Of a stretch of 64,000 bases of DNA, positions 43,738 through 55,633 are shown in pieces. Each line of letters begins with the position of its first letter. Within the stretch, counting starts at the first letter, position 1. Both the position numbers and the translations under genes were made by a program. The notes beneath the pieces were generated by a model. It did no database searches, was not told the origin of the DNA, and saw only the letters and a list, made by a program, of their open reading frames with translations. The stretch is from the NCBI GenBank assembly GCA_963711595.1, contig CAVQER010000007.1:195992-259991 (forward strand), given 5' to 3'. This DNA is from an uncultured Alphaproteobacteria bacterium. GTDB lineage: Bacteria; Pseudomonadota; Alphaproteobacteria; Rhizobiales; Xanthobacteraceae.

Positions 43738-44441
43738 GCCTTGCGCTCGACGTCAAGGAGTTGCGCGCGGGTTACGGGCCGACAGTCGTACTCGACGGAA
43801 TCTCGCTCGCGGTTCCTGCAGGCGGCACGCTCTCGGTGCTCGGGCGGAACGGTGTCGGGAAGAGCACTCTGCTCGCAACGCTCATGGGTCTGACGACACG
43901 CCATCAAGGGTCGATCCATCTCGGCAACCAGGCGATCGAGGGCCGGCCGACGCACGTTCGCAACGAGCTGGGTCTTGGTTACGTGCCGCAGGAACGCGAA
44001 ATTTTTCCCTCGCTCAACGTCGAGGAAAACATGGCGGTTTCGATGCGCAGCGGCGGCTGGACGATCGACGCGGTGTTCGATCTGTTTCCCGGTCTCAAGG
44101 CGCGGCGCAAGAACACGGGCAATCGGCTCTCCGGCGGCGAACAGCAGATGCTTGCGATTGGTCGCGCCCTCGTCGGCGCGCCTAAGGTGCTGCTGCTCGA
44201 TGAGCCACTCGAAGGCCTCGCGCCAGTGGTCATCGAGGCGCTCGTCGAGGCGCTCGAGCGCGTACAGAAGGAATCAAGGTTGACAATGCTGCTTGTCGAG
44301 CAGAAGGCGGAACTCGCGCTTTCTCTGACCGCCGAAGCAGTGATCCTCGATCGCGGACGGATCGTTTACCACGGCGCGAGCGCAGCGCTCAAAGCGGATG
44401 AAGCTACGCAGGCACGGTTGTTGGGCGTGGCGGACAAGTAA
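43734..44441 (+). CDS. ABC transporter ATP-binding protein (LivF-like)
   Basis: 235 aa. Walker A GRNGVGKST, signature LSGGEQQML, Walker B LLLDEP. Start overlaps the upstream stop. Confidence 0.88.
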   Translation: MSLALDVKELRAGYGPTVVLDGISLAVPAGGTLSVLGRNGVGKSTLLATLMGLTTRHQGSIHLGNQAIEGRPTHVRNELGLGYVPQEREIFPSLNVEENMAVSMRSGGWTIDAVFDLFPGLKARRKNTGNRLSGGEQQMLAIGRALVGAPKVLLLDEPLEGLAPVVIEALVEALERVQKESRLTMLLVEQKAELALSLTAEAVILDRGRIVYHGASAALKADEATQARLLGVADK

Positions 44442-44444
44442 CCG

Positions 44445-45407
44445 CTAGGCCGGCGCGATCACGCGGATGGGCGTTCCGGCAAGCCACGCTGCGATGTTCT
44501 CAACCGCTTCCCCATAACAGGTGCGATAGGTCTCCTCGGTGACGTAGCCGAGGTGCGGAGTAGCGACGACGTTGCCGAGTGTGCGGAACGCATGACCGGG
44601 CGGTAACGGTTCGCGGTCGAACACGTCGAGGCCTGCTCCGGCGATACGTCTTTCCTTCAACGCGGCGATCAGCGCCGCTTCGTCAACGACCGGGCCGCGG
44701 GACGTATTGATCAGAAGTGCGGTTGGCTTCATGAGGCCGAGCTCGCGTGCACCAATGAGACCGCGCGTGCGATCGCTCAGCACGAGGTGAATGGTCACGA
44801 TGTCGGACGAGCGCAGAAGCTCATCGAGCGATCCGGCGTGCTGGACACCGACCTCGGCGCAGCGTTCGGGCGTCAGATTCTTGCTCCAGGCGGAGACTTT
44901 CATGTCGAAGGCGAGACCCACACGCGCGACGCGCGAACCGAGCCGTCCGAGGCCGATGATACCGAGGCGCGCGCCGGCGAGTTCGCGGCCGACGGTCAGC
45001 TGCCACTTTCCACCGTGTTTAAGATTTTCGTATTCGGCCGGAATGTGCCGGAGCAGTGCCTGGATGAGGCCCCATGTCAGCTCGGCCGTGGGGCTCGGCG
45101 ACAGGCCGGTGCCGCAAACGGTGACGCCGCGTTCGGCCGCCGCCTTCATGTCGATCGCGGCATTCCTCATTCCGGTCGTGACCAGAAGCTTGAGCTTGGG
45201 CAGGCGCTCGAACAAAGCGCGGTCGAACGGTGTCCGCTCACGCATCGCAATCACGATCTCGGCGTCGGAGAGCGCCGCCGCTACTCCGTCACGGCCGTCG
45301 ATGTGATCCGTCAGAACGTGAAGTTCGACCTTGTCCGCAATGCTGTTCCAGTCGCCGAACTTCCGCGTCACGTCCTGATAGTCATCCAGTGACACACACC
45401 GCAGCAT
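44445..45407 (-). CDS. D-isomer-specific 2-hydroxyacid dehydrogenase family protein
   Basis: 320 aa. NAD-binding GIIGLGRLG, plus the catalytic-region patterns LINTSRG and TPHLGY. Confidence 0.82.
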   Translation of the reverse strand: MLRCVSLDDYQDVTRKFGDWNSIADKVELHVLTDHIDGRDGVAAALSDAEIVIAMRERTPFDRALFERLPKLKLLVTTGMRNAAIDMKAAAERGVTVCGTGLSPSPTAELTWGLIQALLRHIPAEYENLKHGGKWQLTVGRELAGARLGIIGLGRLGSRVARVGLAFDMKVSAWSKNLTPERCAEVGVQHAGSLDELLRSSDIVTIHLVLSDRTRGLIGARELGLMKPTALLINTSRGPVVDEAALIAALKERRIAGAGLDVFDREPLPPGHAFRTLGNVVATPHLGYVTEETYRTCYGEAVENIAAWLAGTPIRVIAPA

Positions 45408-45506
45408 TTCCGCCTCCGAGGACTACGTGTCGCGCTATATAACCCATACGGTGGCGGGTTGGAGCGTGAATGAGTATATCGAGGCGGGCGCACAGGGCTG
45501 GAAGCA

Positions 45507-45977
45507 ATGCTGCGATCGATTGGCGAGTTCATTTCGGAGATTGCGGGCGGCAGCCGCGATCCCGAAACCTTCGATGACACGGATTTTCGTCTCGCCGCGG
45601 CGGCACTGCTCGTGCATGTCGCCACCACGGACAGCGACTTCAACGACCGCGAACGTCAGAAGCTTCGCGATGTGCTCGCCGAACGGTTTGAGCTCGCGGT
45701 CCAAGACGTCGATAAACTCATCAATTCGGCGATCAATGCAGACTTGGAGGCGGTCGATCTCTACCAATTCACCAGCGTGATCAACCGCGCATGCAGCGGC
45801 GATGCGCGCCGCCGCATGGTTGAGATGATGTTCGAGGTCGCCTACTCCGATGGGGCGCTGAGCGAGTTCGAGGACAACGTCGTTTGGCGGGCGGCAGAAC
45901 TCATGCATGTGCCTTCTCGCGAACGGGTGACGATGCGGCGCGAGGCAAAAAACGTCGTCGAAGACGAGGAGGATTGA
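45507..45977 (+). CDS. TerB-family (tellurite-resistance-like) protein
   Basis: 156 aa. Helical repeat pattern AAALLVHVATTDSDFNDRERQKL...MMFEVAYSDGALSEFEDNVVWR is typical of the TerB N-terminal domain. Confidence 0.65.
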   Translation: MLRSIGEFISEIAGGSRDPETFDDTDFRLAAAALLVHVATTDSDFNDRERQKLRDVLAERFELAVQDVDKLINSAINADLEAVDLYQFTSVINRACSGDARRRMVEMMFEVAYSDGALSEFEDNVVWRAAELMHVPSRERVTMRREAKNVVEDEED

Positions 45978-46041
45978 TGTGGCTTGATCGACCCTCGGTT
46001 CCGTGCGACCGCTGCGAAAAGGCCGGCTCGAGCTTCGCCCA

Positions 46042-46788
46042 ATGAACAAGACCATCCTGCTCATCCTGCACCAGGAGCACTCCACTCCCGGCCGCGTTGC
46101 CCACCGCCTGATCGATCGCGGTTTTCACCTGGACGCGCGCCGTCCACGCTTTGGTGACCCGCTGCCCGAGACGCTCGAACAGCACGACGGCGTGATTGTG
46201 TTCGGCGGGCCGATGAGCGCGAACGATTCGGAAGAATATGTGCGGCAGGAAATCGACTGGATGGAAGTGCCGTTGCGGGAAGAAAAGCCGTTCTTCGGGA
46301 TTTGCCTCGGTGCGCAAATTCTTGCGCGCAAGCTCGGCGCGAACGTTGATTTTCATCCGGAAGGACTGGTCGAGGTCGGCTATTACCCGTTACGCGCCAC
46401 GCCGGAAGGCGCAAAACTCCTCGACTGGCCGGACCATACTTATCAGTGGCATCGCGAGGGATTCGAGCTTCCACACGGTGCCGTGCGATTGGCCGAGAGC
46501 GACGCCTTCGCCAACCAGGCAATTCAATACGGTCGCTCTGCATTCGGCGTGCAGTTTCATCCCGAACTCACGCATCAGATGATGTGCCGTTGGACCACAC
46601 GCGGCCATGAGCGCCTGACGCTGCCGGGCGCGCGGCCGCGCCACGAACACTTCGAAGGCCGCGCCTTGCACGATGTGAAGACGCGGACATGGCTCGATTC
46701 CTTCCTCGATCTGTGGACCGGTCTCGCGAAGCGTCCCGAACGAACCGCAACGAAAGCGTCGCAAAATGCGAGCGCTGTCGCAGAATGA
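46042..46788 (+). CDS. Class I glutamine amidotransferase (GMP-synthase-like GATase domain only)
   Basis: ORF 46003..46788; ATG at 46042. Nucleophile elbow FGICLGAQ and the His/Glu pair in VQFHPE. Confidence 0.8.
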   Translation: MNKTILLILHQEHSTPGRVAHRLIDRGFHLDARRPRFGDPLPETLEQHDGVIVFGGPMSANDSEEYVRQEIDWMEVPLREEKPFFGICLGAQILARKLGANVDFHPEGLVEVGYYPLRATPEGAKLLDWPDHTYQWHREGFELPHGAVRLAESDAFANQAIQYGRSAFGVQFHPELTHQMMCRWTTRGHERLTLPGARPRHEHFEGRALHDVKTRTWLDSFLDLWTGLAKRPERTATKASQNASAVAE

Positions 46789-46939
46789 GACGCCGCCTGC
46801 GCAAGTAAATTCCCGTTAACGGACAGAAACCACGACGGCACGCGGATTTTCCGGGCGCATTCGCATACGCACGGTTGGCAACAGGCTTGCTGAGGAAGAG
46901 GCAAGCCGGCGTCAGGTTTGTGCGTAGCTGGCGGTTTAT

Positions 46940-46990
46940 CGGGAGATGGCTGGAAGCGACCCCTCCGGCCGTCTCCCGTTCGCATTTTTC
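46940..46990 (+). terminator. Strong intrinsic-terminator-like hairpin with T-tract, about 150 nt downstream of the GATase gene
   Basis: CGGGAGATGGCTGGA...TCCGGCCGTCTCCCG forms about 15 bp (two G-U pairs) with a 9-nt loop (46940-46978). It is followed by TTCGCATTTTTC. Confidence 0.6.
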
Positions 46991-47039
46991 ACGCGGCGTG
47001 GGGCGCCGTGAGACATTCAAATTCTTCGGTGAGGCGGAC

Positions 47040-47115
<76 letters not shown>

Positions 47116-47237
47116 GGTCCAGAGTGGGCATGTATGCCGCGCCCTGCGGGAGTGTCAAGAATGGAGGCACCGCGCACTTCCCCCGCGCGCCGTGCGCAGC
47201 TATTGATCGCGTCGCGGATCTGGCGCGGGAGCAGCGG

Positions 47238-47516
47238 ATGAACCCTTTTCTCTGGCTCGTCACGACTCTAATCACCCTCTACATCTGGATCATCATTGCG
47301 TCCGCGGTGCTGTCTTGGCTCGTCGCGTTCAACGTCGTGAATCCGCACAACAGTGTCGTGCGTGCGATCGGCGAGACACTCTATCGGCTCACTGAACCCG
47401 CGCTGCGGCCGATCCGGAGCATGTTGCCGAGTCTCGGCGGCCTCGACATCTCGCCGGTTATTCTCATCATCGTCCTGCTGTTCATCGAGCGGCTGTTGTT
47501 CTGGGCTTTCTACTGA
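47238..47516 (+). CDS. YggT-family membrane protein
   Basis: ORF 47124..47516; ATG at 47238. Two TM segments and the central LTEPALRPIR motif. Confidence 0.8.
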   Translation: MNPFLWLVTTLITLYIWIIIASAVLSWLVAFNVVNPHNSVVRAIGETLYRLTEPALRPIRSMLPSLGGLDISPVILIIVLLFIERLLFWAFY

Positions 47517-47858
47517 GTGAGCGAAACGCGCAACCAACCCTGGCGTCCGTTACCGGACGGTCTCGCCGTCAGCGTCCGTGCGACGGTAAAGGGTGGGCGC
47601 GACGCCATCGATGGGATCGCCCAACTCGGCCATGGACAGGTGGCGGTGAAAATCCGCGTGCGTGCGGCGCCGGCTGACGGCGAAGCCAACGACGCGCTCG
47701 CACGTGTGATTGCCGGAGCCGTGGGAGTCCCACGTTCTGCCGTGCAACTGCTTCAGGGTGCCACAGCACGGTCAAAAACCTTTCGGGTCGTCGGCGATCC
47801 GGTCACATTGGCGGCGGCACTCGAACGGGCAATTGCGGGGACGACGAAACGAAAATGA
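47517..47858 (+). CDS. DUF167 (YggU) family protein
   Basis: 113 aa with a GTG start directly after the yggT stop. V.V.A.P.DG.AN.AL pattern ([19 protein letters not shown]). Confidence 0.75.
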   Translation: MSETRNQPWRPLPDGLAVSVRATVKGGRDAIDGIAQLGHGQVAVKIRVRAAPADGEANDALARVIAGAVGVPRSAVQLLQGATARSKTFRVVGDPVTLAAALERAIAGTTKRK

Positions 47859-48742
47859 CGGCGAAAATTCTCGACGGCAAGGCCCTTGCGGCAGAGGTGC
47901 GAGGCAAGGCGGCGGAGGAAGCGACGCGCATCGGCAAGTTGCTCGGCCGCCCACCTGGACTTGCTACAGTCCTCGTTGGCGTAGATCCGGCGAGCGAGGT
48001 CTACGTGCGCAACAAGGCTCGCTCGACCAGGGAAGCGGGCATGGCGTCGTTCGAGCATAAGCTCGCGGGCGACGCAGCGGAGGCCGACCTGCTCGCGCTC
48101 GTGAACAAGCTCAATGCCGATCCGGCTGTGGACGGGATCCTCGTACAGCTGCCGCTGCCCTCGCAGATCAACTCCGCGCGCGTGCTCAACGCCGTCGACC
48201 CGGCAAAGGACGTGGACGGATTCCATCCGATGAATGCGGGCCGGCTTGCGACTGGATTGCCGGCGCTTGCGCCCTGTACGCCGGTCGGTTGCGTGATGAT
48301 CGCGAAGAAAGCGCACGCCTCGCTCGCGGGCTTGGAGGCGGTGGTGCTCGGCCGCTCGAACATCGTCGGCAAGCCGCTCGCGCAGTTGTTGCTGGCCGAA
48401 AACGCCACGGTCACGATTGCCCATTCACGCACGAAGGATCTTCCCGCCGTGTGCCGGCGCGCGGATCTCCTATGCGTCGCGATCGGCAAACCGGAATTCG
48501 TGCGCGGCGATTGGGTCAAGCCGGGAGCGACCGTGATCGACGTCGGCATCAATCGTGTGCCGGGTTCGGCACCGGGAAAGACCAAGCTTGTCGGCGACGT
48601 CGCCTATGAAGAGGCGGCCAAGGTGGCCGGTGCGATCACGCCGGTGCCGGGCGGGATCGGCCCGATGACGATCGCGTGCCTGCTGGTGAATACGTTGCGC
48701 GCGGCGTGCGCACGCGCGGGACTCGAGCCCCCGAAAATCTAG
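47855..48742 (+). CDS. folD: Bifunctional methylenetetrahydrofolate dehydrogenase / methenyl-THF cyclohydrolase
   Basis: 295 aa. ILDGKALA start, [23 protein letters not shown]. Confidence 0.95.
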   Translation: MTAKILDGKALAAEVRGKAAEEATRIGKLLGRPPGLATVLVGVDPASEVYVRNKARSTREAGMASFEHKLAGDAAEADLLALVNKLNADPAVDGILVQLPLPSQINSARVLNAVDPAKDVDGFHPMNAGRLATGLPALAPCTPVGCVMIAKKAHASLAGLEAVVLGRSNIVGKPLAQLLLAENATVTIAHSRTKDLPAVCRRADLLCVAIGKPEFVRGDWVKPGATVIDVGINRVPGSAPGKTKLVGDVAYEEAAKVAGAITPVPGGIGPMTIACLLVNTLRAACARAGLEPPKI

Positions 48743-48746
48743 ATCT

Positions 48747-49262
48747 TCAGCGAGTCCAGGCGAAGGCGACTTTATCGAGCACCTTCGAACCGAAGCGTTC
48801 GGTCGAACGTGCGACTGCGCGTCCGCCGAGCGAGCGATAGAAGTTCACCGCAGGCTCGTTGTCCGAGAGTGCCCACACGACAAGGCCGGTGTGTCCCGCC
48901 TGCGAAAGATCGCGCTTGGCCATCGAGAAGAGCTTCCGGCCGAAGCCGAGGCCCTGGTACTCGGGACGCAAATACAGCTCATAGACTTCGCCGCCGTAGG
49001 GTAGGCTCTTCGCGCGGTTGCGGCCGAAGTTCGCGTAGCCGGCGACCGTGTCCCCGAACATGAGAAGCGCGATGCGCGAGCCGCGGCGAATCGCGGCGTC
49101 CCACCAGGAGGGGCCGCGGCGCGTCACGAGCTTTTCAAGTTCCGGTCCCGGGATCAGTCCCAAATAGGCCGTCCGCCAAGCCTCGTCATGGGCTTCGGCA
49201 AGCGCCACGGCATCGTCCGGGCGGGCACGGCGGATCTCGATCAGGACCGTTTCCATGGCCAT
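48747..49262 (-). CDS. GNAT-family N-acetyltransferase
   Basis: 171 aa. Acetyl-CoA-binding motif RPEYQGLGFGRKL. Confidence 0.75.
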   Translation of the reverse strand: MAMETVLIEIRRARPDDAVALAEAHDEAWRTAYLGLIPGPELEKLVTRRGPSWWDAAIRRGSRIALLMFGDTVAGYANFGRNRAKSLPYGGEVYELYLRPEYQGLGFGRKLFSMAKRDLSQAGHTGLVVWALSDNEPAVNFYRSLGGRAVARSTERFGSKVLDKVAFAWTR

Positions 49263-49341
49263 GATCGAAGCAAATGGGTCCTAGCGCTTCAAGGGGTTCG
49301 TTAACGGAGAGTTAATCTGACGGAAAGGTGCGACCTTCCGG

Positions 49342-51171
<1,830 letters not shown>

Positions 51172-51259
51172 GGTTAATTGTTTCCGGCCCGGCCCGGGCC
51201 GGAATTGAAGCGAGGGTTGATGGATTCAGCGCCGGGTCTACAAGTTTCGCGGCAATAGC

Positions 51260-52375
51260 TCAAGCGCCCGCCGGCCGCCGCGCGTTGCGGGCGCCAGCCG
51301 GCCGGGCCGACTGAATCAGCATCATCTCGCCGAGATTTTCCGCAGTCAGCATTCCGACGAGGCGCGCCTGCGCATCGGTGACACCCACGACAGGTTTCCC
51401 CGCCTCAGTCAGCGCTTTCACGGCCGCGTCGAGACTGGCGCGGGCGGAGATCGTGGGCACGTCCGCCTCCATCACGTTCAGCACCGGCGTGTCGGGTCCC
51501 GTCTCCTTCAGCGCCTTGATCATCGCGTCTCGCGTCAACACGCCGCGCAGATGGCCGGAGCCATCGACCACCAGGAACTCGCGCTGGGTCGTGCGGATCA
51601 GGGCCTCCACCGCGTCGTTAACCGTGGCCTGAGTTCCAAGCGTCTGAAACTTGGTGATCATGGCGTCGGCGACGAGCGCGCCGCGCGTGGCTGCGCGCAA
51701 CTGCGCATAGCTCGCCTCGCCCGACGCCGCGAGGAACACGAACACAGCGATCACAATCAGGGTGACGTTGCCCGTGACGATTCCGAATACACCGAAGGCA
51801 ACAGCGAAGGCTTGGCCGACGGCGGCGGCAACCTGCGTCGCCCGCGCGTGGCCCAGACGAATTGCCAGCAACGCGCGCAGCACGCGTCCCCCGTCCATGG
51901 GGAAGGCGGGGATCAGGTTGAACAGCACGAGAAAGATGTTGGCCGCTGCAAGCTTCGCCACCATCGACACGGCCGGGTCTTGCATGCGCGATAGATCATC
52001 AGGGTCGAACTGAGCGCCCAGGAAAAGGATGAGGATCGCGGCGATGGCGACGTTCACCAGCGGCCCCGCGATCGCAATCACGAATTCTTCGATCGGACGC
52101 TCGGAGATGCGCTCTAGGCTTGCGATACCGCCGAAGAACCACAGCGTCACGTCGCGGGTATTGATGCCGTAGTACTTGGCGGCGAAGACGTGACCGAGTT
52201 CATGCAGAAGCACGCAAAAGAAAAGCAGCGCGACGAACACGACGCCTTCGAGTGCGGCTCCGGGCCCGCCCTGACGGTAGTAGATGAAGCCGATCCACAC
52301 CAGCAGCAGGAGAAACGTGACGTGGATACGGATCGCAGTGCCCGCGATCCTTCCAAGCGTGAGGGACCAGCCCAT
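51260..52375 (-). CDS. Site-2 (M50) family metalloprotease with tandem CBS domains
   Basis: 371 aa. HELGHVFAAK zinc motif in a TM region, second motif FNLIPAFPMDGGR, C-terminal CBS pair. Confidence 0.8.
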   Translation of the reverse strand: MGWSLTLGRIAGTAIRIHVTFLLLLVWIGFIYYRQGGPGAALEGVVFVALLFFCVLLHELGHVFAAKYYGINTRDVTLWFFGGIASLERISERPIEEFVIAIAGPLVNVAIAAILILFLGAQFDPDDLSRMQDPAVSMVAKLAAANIFLVLFNLIPAFPMDGGRVLRALLAIRLGHARATQVAAAVGQAFAVAFGVFGIVTGNVTLIVIAVFVFLAASGEASYAQLRAATRGALVADAMITKFQTLGTQATVNDAVEALIRTTQREFLVVDGSGHLRGVLTRDAMIKALKETGPDTPVLNVMEADVPTISARASLDAAVKALTEAGKPVVGVTDAQARLVGMLTAENLGEMMLIQSARPAGARNARRPAGA

Positions 52376-52452
52376 GAAGATCTCCAGCGACCGAAACGGC
52401 CTAGACTTAGCTAGGCATTGTAGGACGGTCGCGCCAGCGTGGGCGACGGTGT

Positions 52453-53685
52453 TCAGCGCTTATCGGTCTTACGCTTGCGCATGGCCCAGGTGCGCAGCCG
52501 GAGCGCATTGAGCTTGATGAATCCTTGCGCGTCGCGGTGATCGTAAGCGACCGCGCCTTCCTCGAACGTCACAAGCTCCGGGTCGTAGAGCGAGTGGGGA
52601 CTTTCGCGGCCGGTGACCGAGACGTTGCCCTTGTAGAGCTTGAGGCGGACGCGGCCGGTGACGAATTCCTGGCTCTTGTCGATCAGCGCCTGCAGCATCT
52701 CGCGCTCCGGCGTGAACCAGAACCCGTAGTAGATGAGCTCGGCGTAGCGCGGCATGAGCGAATCCTTCAGGTGCGCCGCCTCGCGATCAAGAGTGATTGA
52801 TTCAATGCCGCGATGGGCGGCGAGCAGGATCGTGCCGCCGGGTGTCTCGTAGACGCCGCGCGATTTCATGCCGACGAAACGGTTCTCGACGAGGTCAAGG
52901 CGCCCGATGCCGTTCGCCCGACCGAGCTCGTTCAGCCTGGTCAGCAGAGTCGCGGGTGAAAGCTTCTTTCCGTCGACCGCAACCGCGTCGCCCTTCTCGA
53001 AGTCGATCGAAATCTCGACTGCTTTGTCGGGGGCGTCTTCGGGTGCGACGGTGCGTTGATAAACATAGTCGGGCGGTTCGACGCCGGGATCTTCCAGCAC
53101 TTTTCCTTCCGACGACGAATGCAGGAGATTGGCATCAACGGAGAACGGCGCTTCACCGCGCTTGTCCTTCGCAATCGGAATCTGATGCGTCTCCGCGAAC
53201 TCGAGCAGCTTCGTGCGCGAAGACAAATTCCATTCGCGCCACGGTGCAATTACGCGGATGTTCGGCTCGAGCGCGTAGTAGGTGAGCTCGAACCGCACCT
53301 GGTCGTTGCCCTTGCCGGTCGCGCCGTGCGCGACTGCGTCGGCGCCGGTTTTGCGCGCGATCTCGATCTGCTTCTTCGCAATCAAGGGCCGCGCGATCGA
53401 GGTGCCCAGCAGATACTGGCCCTCATACAGCGCATTCGCGCGAAACATCGGAAAGACGTAGTCACGGACGAATTCCTCGCGCAGGTCCTCGATGAAAATG
53501 TTCTCGGGCTTGATGCCGAGCAGTACTGCTTTCTTCCGCGCGGGCTCGACCTCCTCGCCCTGGCCAAGGTCAGCCGTGAAGGTGACGACCTCACACTGAT
53601 AGGTCGTCTGCAGCCACTTCAGGATGACAGAGGTGTCGAGCCCGCCGGAATAGGCGAGCACCACCTTCTTCACGTCCTTCGACAT
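52453..53685 (-). CDS. argG: Argininosuccinate synthase
   Basis: 410 aa. [13 protein letters not shown]-PPase motif. Typical type-I ArgG throughout. Confidence 0.95.
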   Translation of the reverse strand: MSKDVKKVVLAYSGGLDTSVILKWLQTTYQCEVVTFTADLGQGEEVEPARKKAVLLGIKPENIFIEDLREEFVRDYVFPMFRANALYEGQYLLGTSIARPLIAKKQIEIARKTGADAVAHGATGKGNDQVRFELTYYALEPNIRVIAPWREWNLSSRTKLLEFAETHQIPIAKDKRGEAPFSVDANLLHSSSEGKVLEDPGVEPPDYVYQRTVAPEDAPDKAVEISIDFEKGDAVAVDGKKLSPATLLTRLNELGRANGIGRLDLVENRFVGMKSRGVYETPGGTILLAAHRGIESITLDREAAHLKDSLMPRYAELIYYGFWFTPEREMLQALIDKSQEFVTGRVRLKLYKGNVSVTGRESPHSLYDPELVTFEEGAVAYDHRDAQGFIKLNALRLRTWAMRKRKTDKR

Positions 53686-53773
53686 CGAAATCCCCGCGAA
53701 TGCGAGGCACTTATAGGCGGACGTGGCACGCGCGCAAGTCGACCGATATGCAACGCCGTGGCATGCTGAACGG

Positions 53774-54379
53774 ATGCCGAAGATCGATTTCTGGTACGAC
53801 TATTCCTCGAGCTACTCGTATCTCGCAGCCTCGCGGATTGAGCCGCTCGCAAAAGCCGCGGGCGTCGCGGTGCAGTGGCGCCCGTTCCTGCTTGGCCCGG
53901 TGTTCAAGGTGGTCGGTCTCAACGCCTCGCCGGCGGAGGTTTTTCCGATCAAGGGCCGCTATGCGTGGCGCGACATGGAGCGTCAGACGCTCCGGCTGGG
54001 GCTGCCGAAGTTCAAACTGCCTGAACCGTTTCCAACTCATTCCCTCCTGGCAGCGCGCACGGCCCTTGTCCTATCGGACGCAGATCGTCCGGCATTCTCG
54101 CGCGCCGTGTATCAAGCGGAATTCGGCGATGGGCGCGAGATCGGCGACAAGGCGCTGATCGCAGACATTCTCAAGCGTCTAAGGCACGACGCGGACGCCG
54201 TTCTCGCCGCCACGGGCGAGCAGGCCACGAAGGACAGGCTACGCGCGCAGACGGAAGAGGCGGTGCGGTTGGGGATGTTCGGTGCACCGACCTTCGTCGC
54301 GGAAGACGGTGAAATGTTCTGGGGGAACGATCGCCTCGAGCAGGCGCTCGAATGGGCAAGCGGAAGCCGGCCGAAATAA
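53774..54379 (+). CDS. 2-hydroxychromene-2-carboxylate isomerase / DsbA-like thioredoxin-fold protein
   Basis: ORF 53723..54379; ATG at 53774 gives [19 protein letters not shown]-terminal FGAPTFV...FWGNDRL is typical of the family. Confidence 0.75.
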   Translation: MPKIDFWYDYSSSYSYLAASRIEPLAKAAGVAVQWRPFLLGPVFKVVGLNASPAEVFPIKGRYAWRDMERQTLRLGLPKFKLPEPFPTHSLLAARTALVLSDADRPAFSRAVYQAEFGDGREIGDKALIADILKRLRHDADAVLAATGEQATKDRLRAQTEEAVRLGMFGAPTFVAEDGEMFWGNDRLEQALEWASGSRPK

Positions 54380-54385
54380 TGGCGG

Positions 54386-55072
54386 TTAGTTCTTTGCTTC
54401 GCGCGTTACTTTCTTTGTTGAAACGGCGACCGGCTTGCTTTTCGTTTTTCTGGGCGCAGCCATCCGCTTGCACTCCGCAAACTCGCTTGCCGCTAGTGTG
54501 GTCCGTTCCTCGCGAGTCGGCTCGCGAAAGAAATGATGCCGGCCGGCCACGATCACCGGCATGAACTCCTTGCGAAAGCGACATGCGTTGCGCGGTGGCG
54601 TGAGCACCGGATTCATGTAGTAGCGAACGGAGCGCTCCTCTAGCGGGCTCGCGCCCGCGAGCTCGTCGTCGGCGATCGCCAATGCATAGGTCCACGCCGC
54701 TCCGCCTCGCGGCGTGCGCCTGGCAAGCGGCAGACAGGCAAAAGTGAACTGGCAGACGCCCCGCCGGTTGTAGAAGACAACATCGCAGACATCGTCGCCG
54801 CCCCACTTGCGACGGTTCGCGCGTGCGCGCTCGTTCACGACGCGGGCAATGTACCGCTGGCCTTCTTCCAACTCTCCGGTGGAGCCGCCCTCGAAGAAGA
54901 CGGCGAGCGCCATGCAGAACCGTTCGTTTCCGGAGACCACGTCGCGCGGAATGACATCGATCGACGCTGGCGATGAGTCGGTGGTGGCGACGAGGGCTTG
55001 CGCGCCGGGGAGCGGAATCCCGGCGATCAACGCGCTGAGGACAAGTTTGAAGCGCAGGCGCCCCGGCAACAT
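54386..55072 (-). CDS. SleB-like cell-wall hydrolase, secreted, with Lys-rich C-terminal tail
   Basis: 228 aa. Signal peptide. CMALAVFFEG...GQRYIARVVNERA...VCQFTF...HHFF resembles the Hydrolase_2 (SleB) domain. Confidence 0.55.
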   Translation of the reverse strand: MLPGRLRFKLVLSALIAGIPLPGAQALVATTDSSPASIDVIPRDVVSGNERFCMALAVFFEGGSTGELEEGQRYIARVVNERARANRRKWGGDDVCDVVFYNRRGVCQFTFACLPLARRTPRGGAAWTYALAIADDELAGASPLEERSVRYYMNPVLTPPRNACRFRKEFMPVIVAGRHHFFREPTREERTTLAASEFAECKRMAAPRKTKSKPVAVSTKKVTREAKN

Positions 55073-55196
55073 TCCCCCACCCCCGTACCGCGTGACTTCT
55101 CATATTCGCAAGCGAACGGCAACACGGAACCCGTGAGTTCCATCGTCGGGGGGTCGCTGGGGAGCTCCGGCTTTGCCTTGCAGCATGCCTAGGAAT

Positions 55197-55628
55197 TCAG
55201 GCTTCGCGCCAATTTCCGGAGGTTCGGCCGGCAATCAGCCAGTAGACGAGTCCGGCGGCAATGCCGGCCGCCGCCATCAGCTCGAAGTTCGTTCCGAACG
55301 GTGTGTTGATCCGAAAGTTCGGCGCGTACTCAACAAAGCCGAGCGTGTAGCCGCAGAAGAGGCCGATCAAACCGCCAGCGACTGCATGGACGAGCACCGA
55401 ACGTAATCGGAAGCTCTCGGCGACGAGAATAACGACAGCCGCAGGCGCGAACGAGAACGCGGCGACAAACGCGCTCGTCGTCAGTATCAAGAACCAGATG
55501 ATCGGCCACGCATCGCCGTGCGGCGCCAGGTCCGGCGCGCTCGGCCCGAGCACGAGGACGGCCGCCGCCGCGATCGTCGCGATCCAGAACGCGAACAGGA
55601 CGACAAAGAAGCGAAAGAAAATCGCCAA
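55197..55628 (-). CDS. Small hypothetical membrane protein (about 4 TM segments)
   Basis: ORF 55197..55817 overlaps rlmN. The in-frame TTG at 55628, just after the rlmN stop, would give about 143 aa of mostly hydrophobic sequence. The start is a guess and I recognise no family. Confidence 0.4.
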   Translation of the reverse strand: MAIFFRFFVVLFAFWIATIAAAAVLVLGPSAPDLAPHGDAWPIIWFLILTTSAFVAAFSFAPAAVVILVAESFRLRSVLVHAVAGGLIGLFCGYTLGFVEYAPNFRINTPFGTNFELMAAAGIAAGLVYWLIAGRTSGNWREA

Positions 55629-55633
55629 GGCGC

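Noticed and set aside
53720-53740. TGGCACGCGCGCAAG upstream of the DsbA-like isomerase gene as a sigma-54 promoter
   Set aside because: The -24 box is good, but the -12 position reads CAAG with no TGC/GC element.
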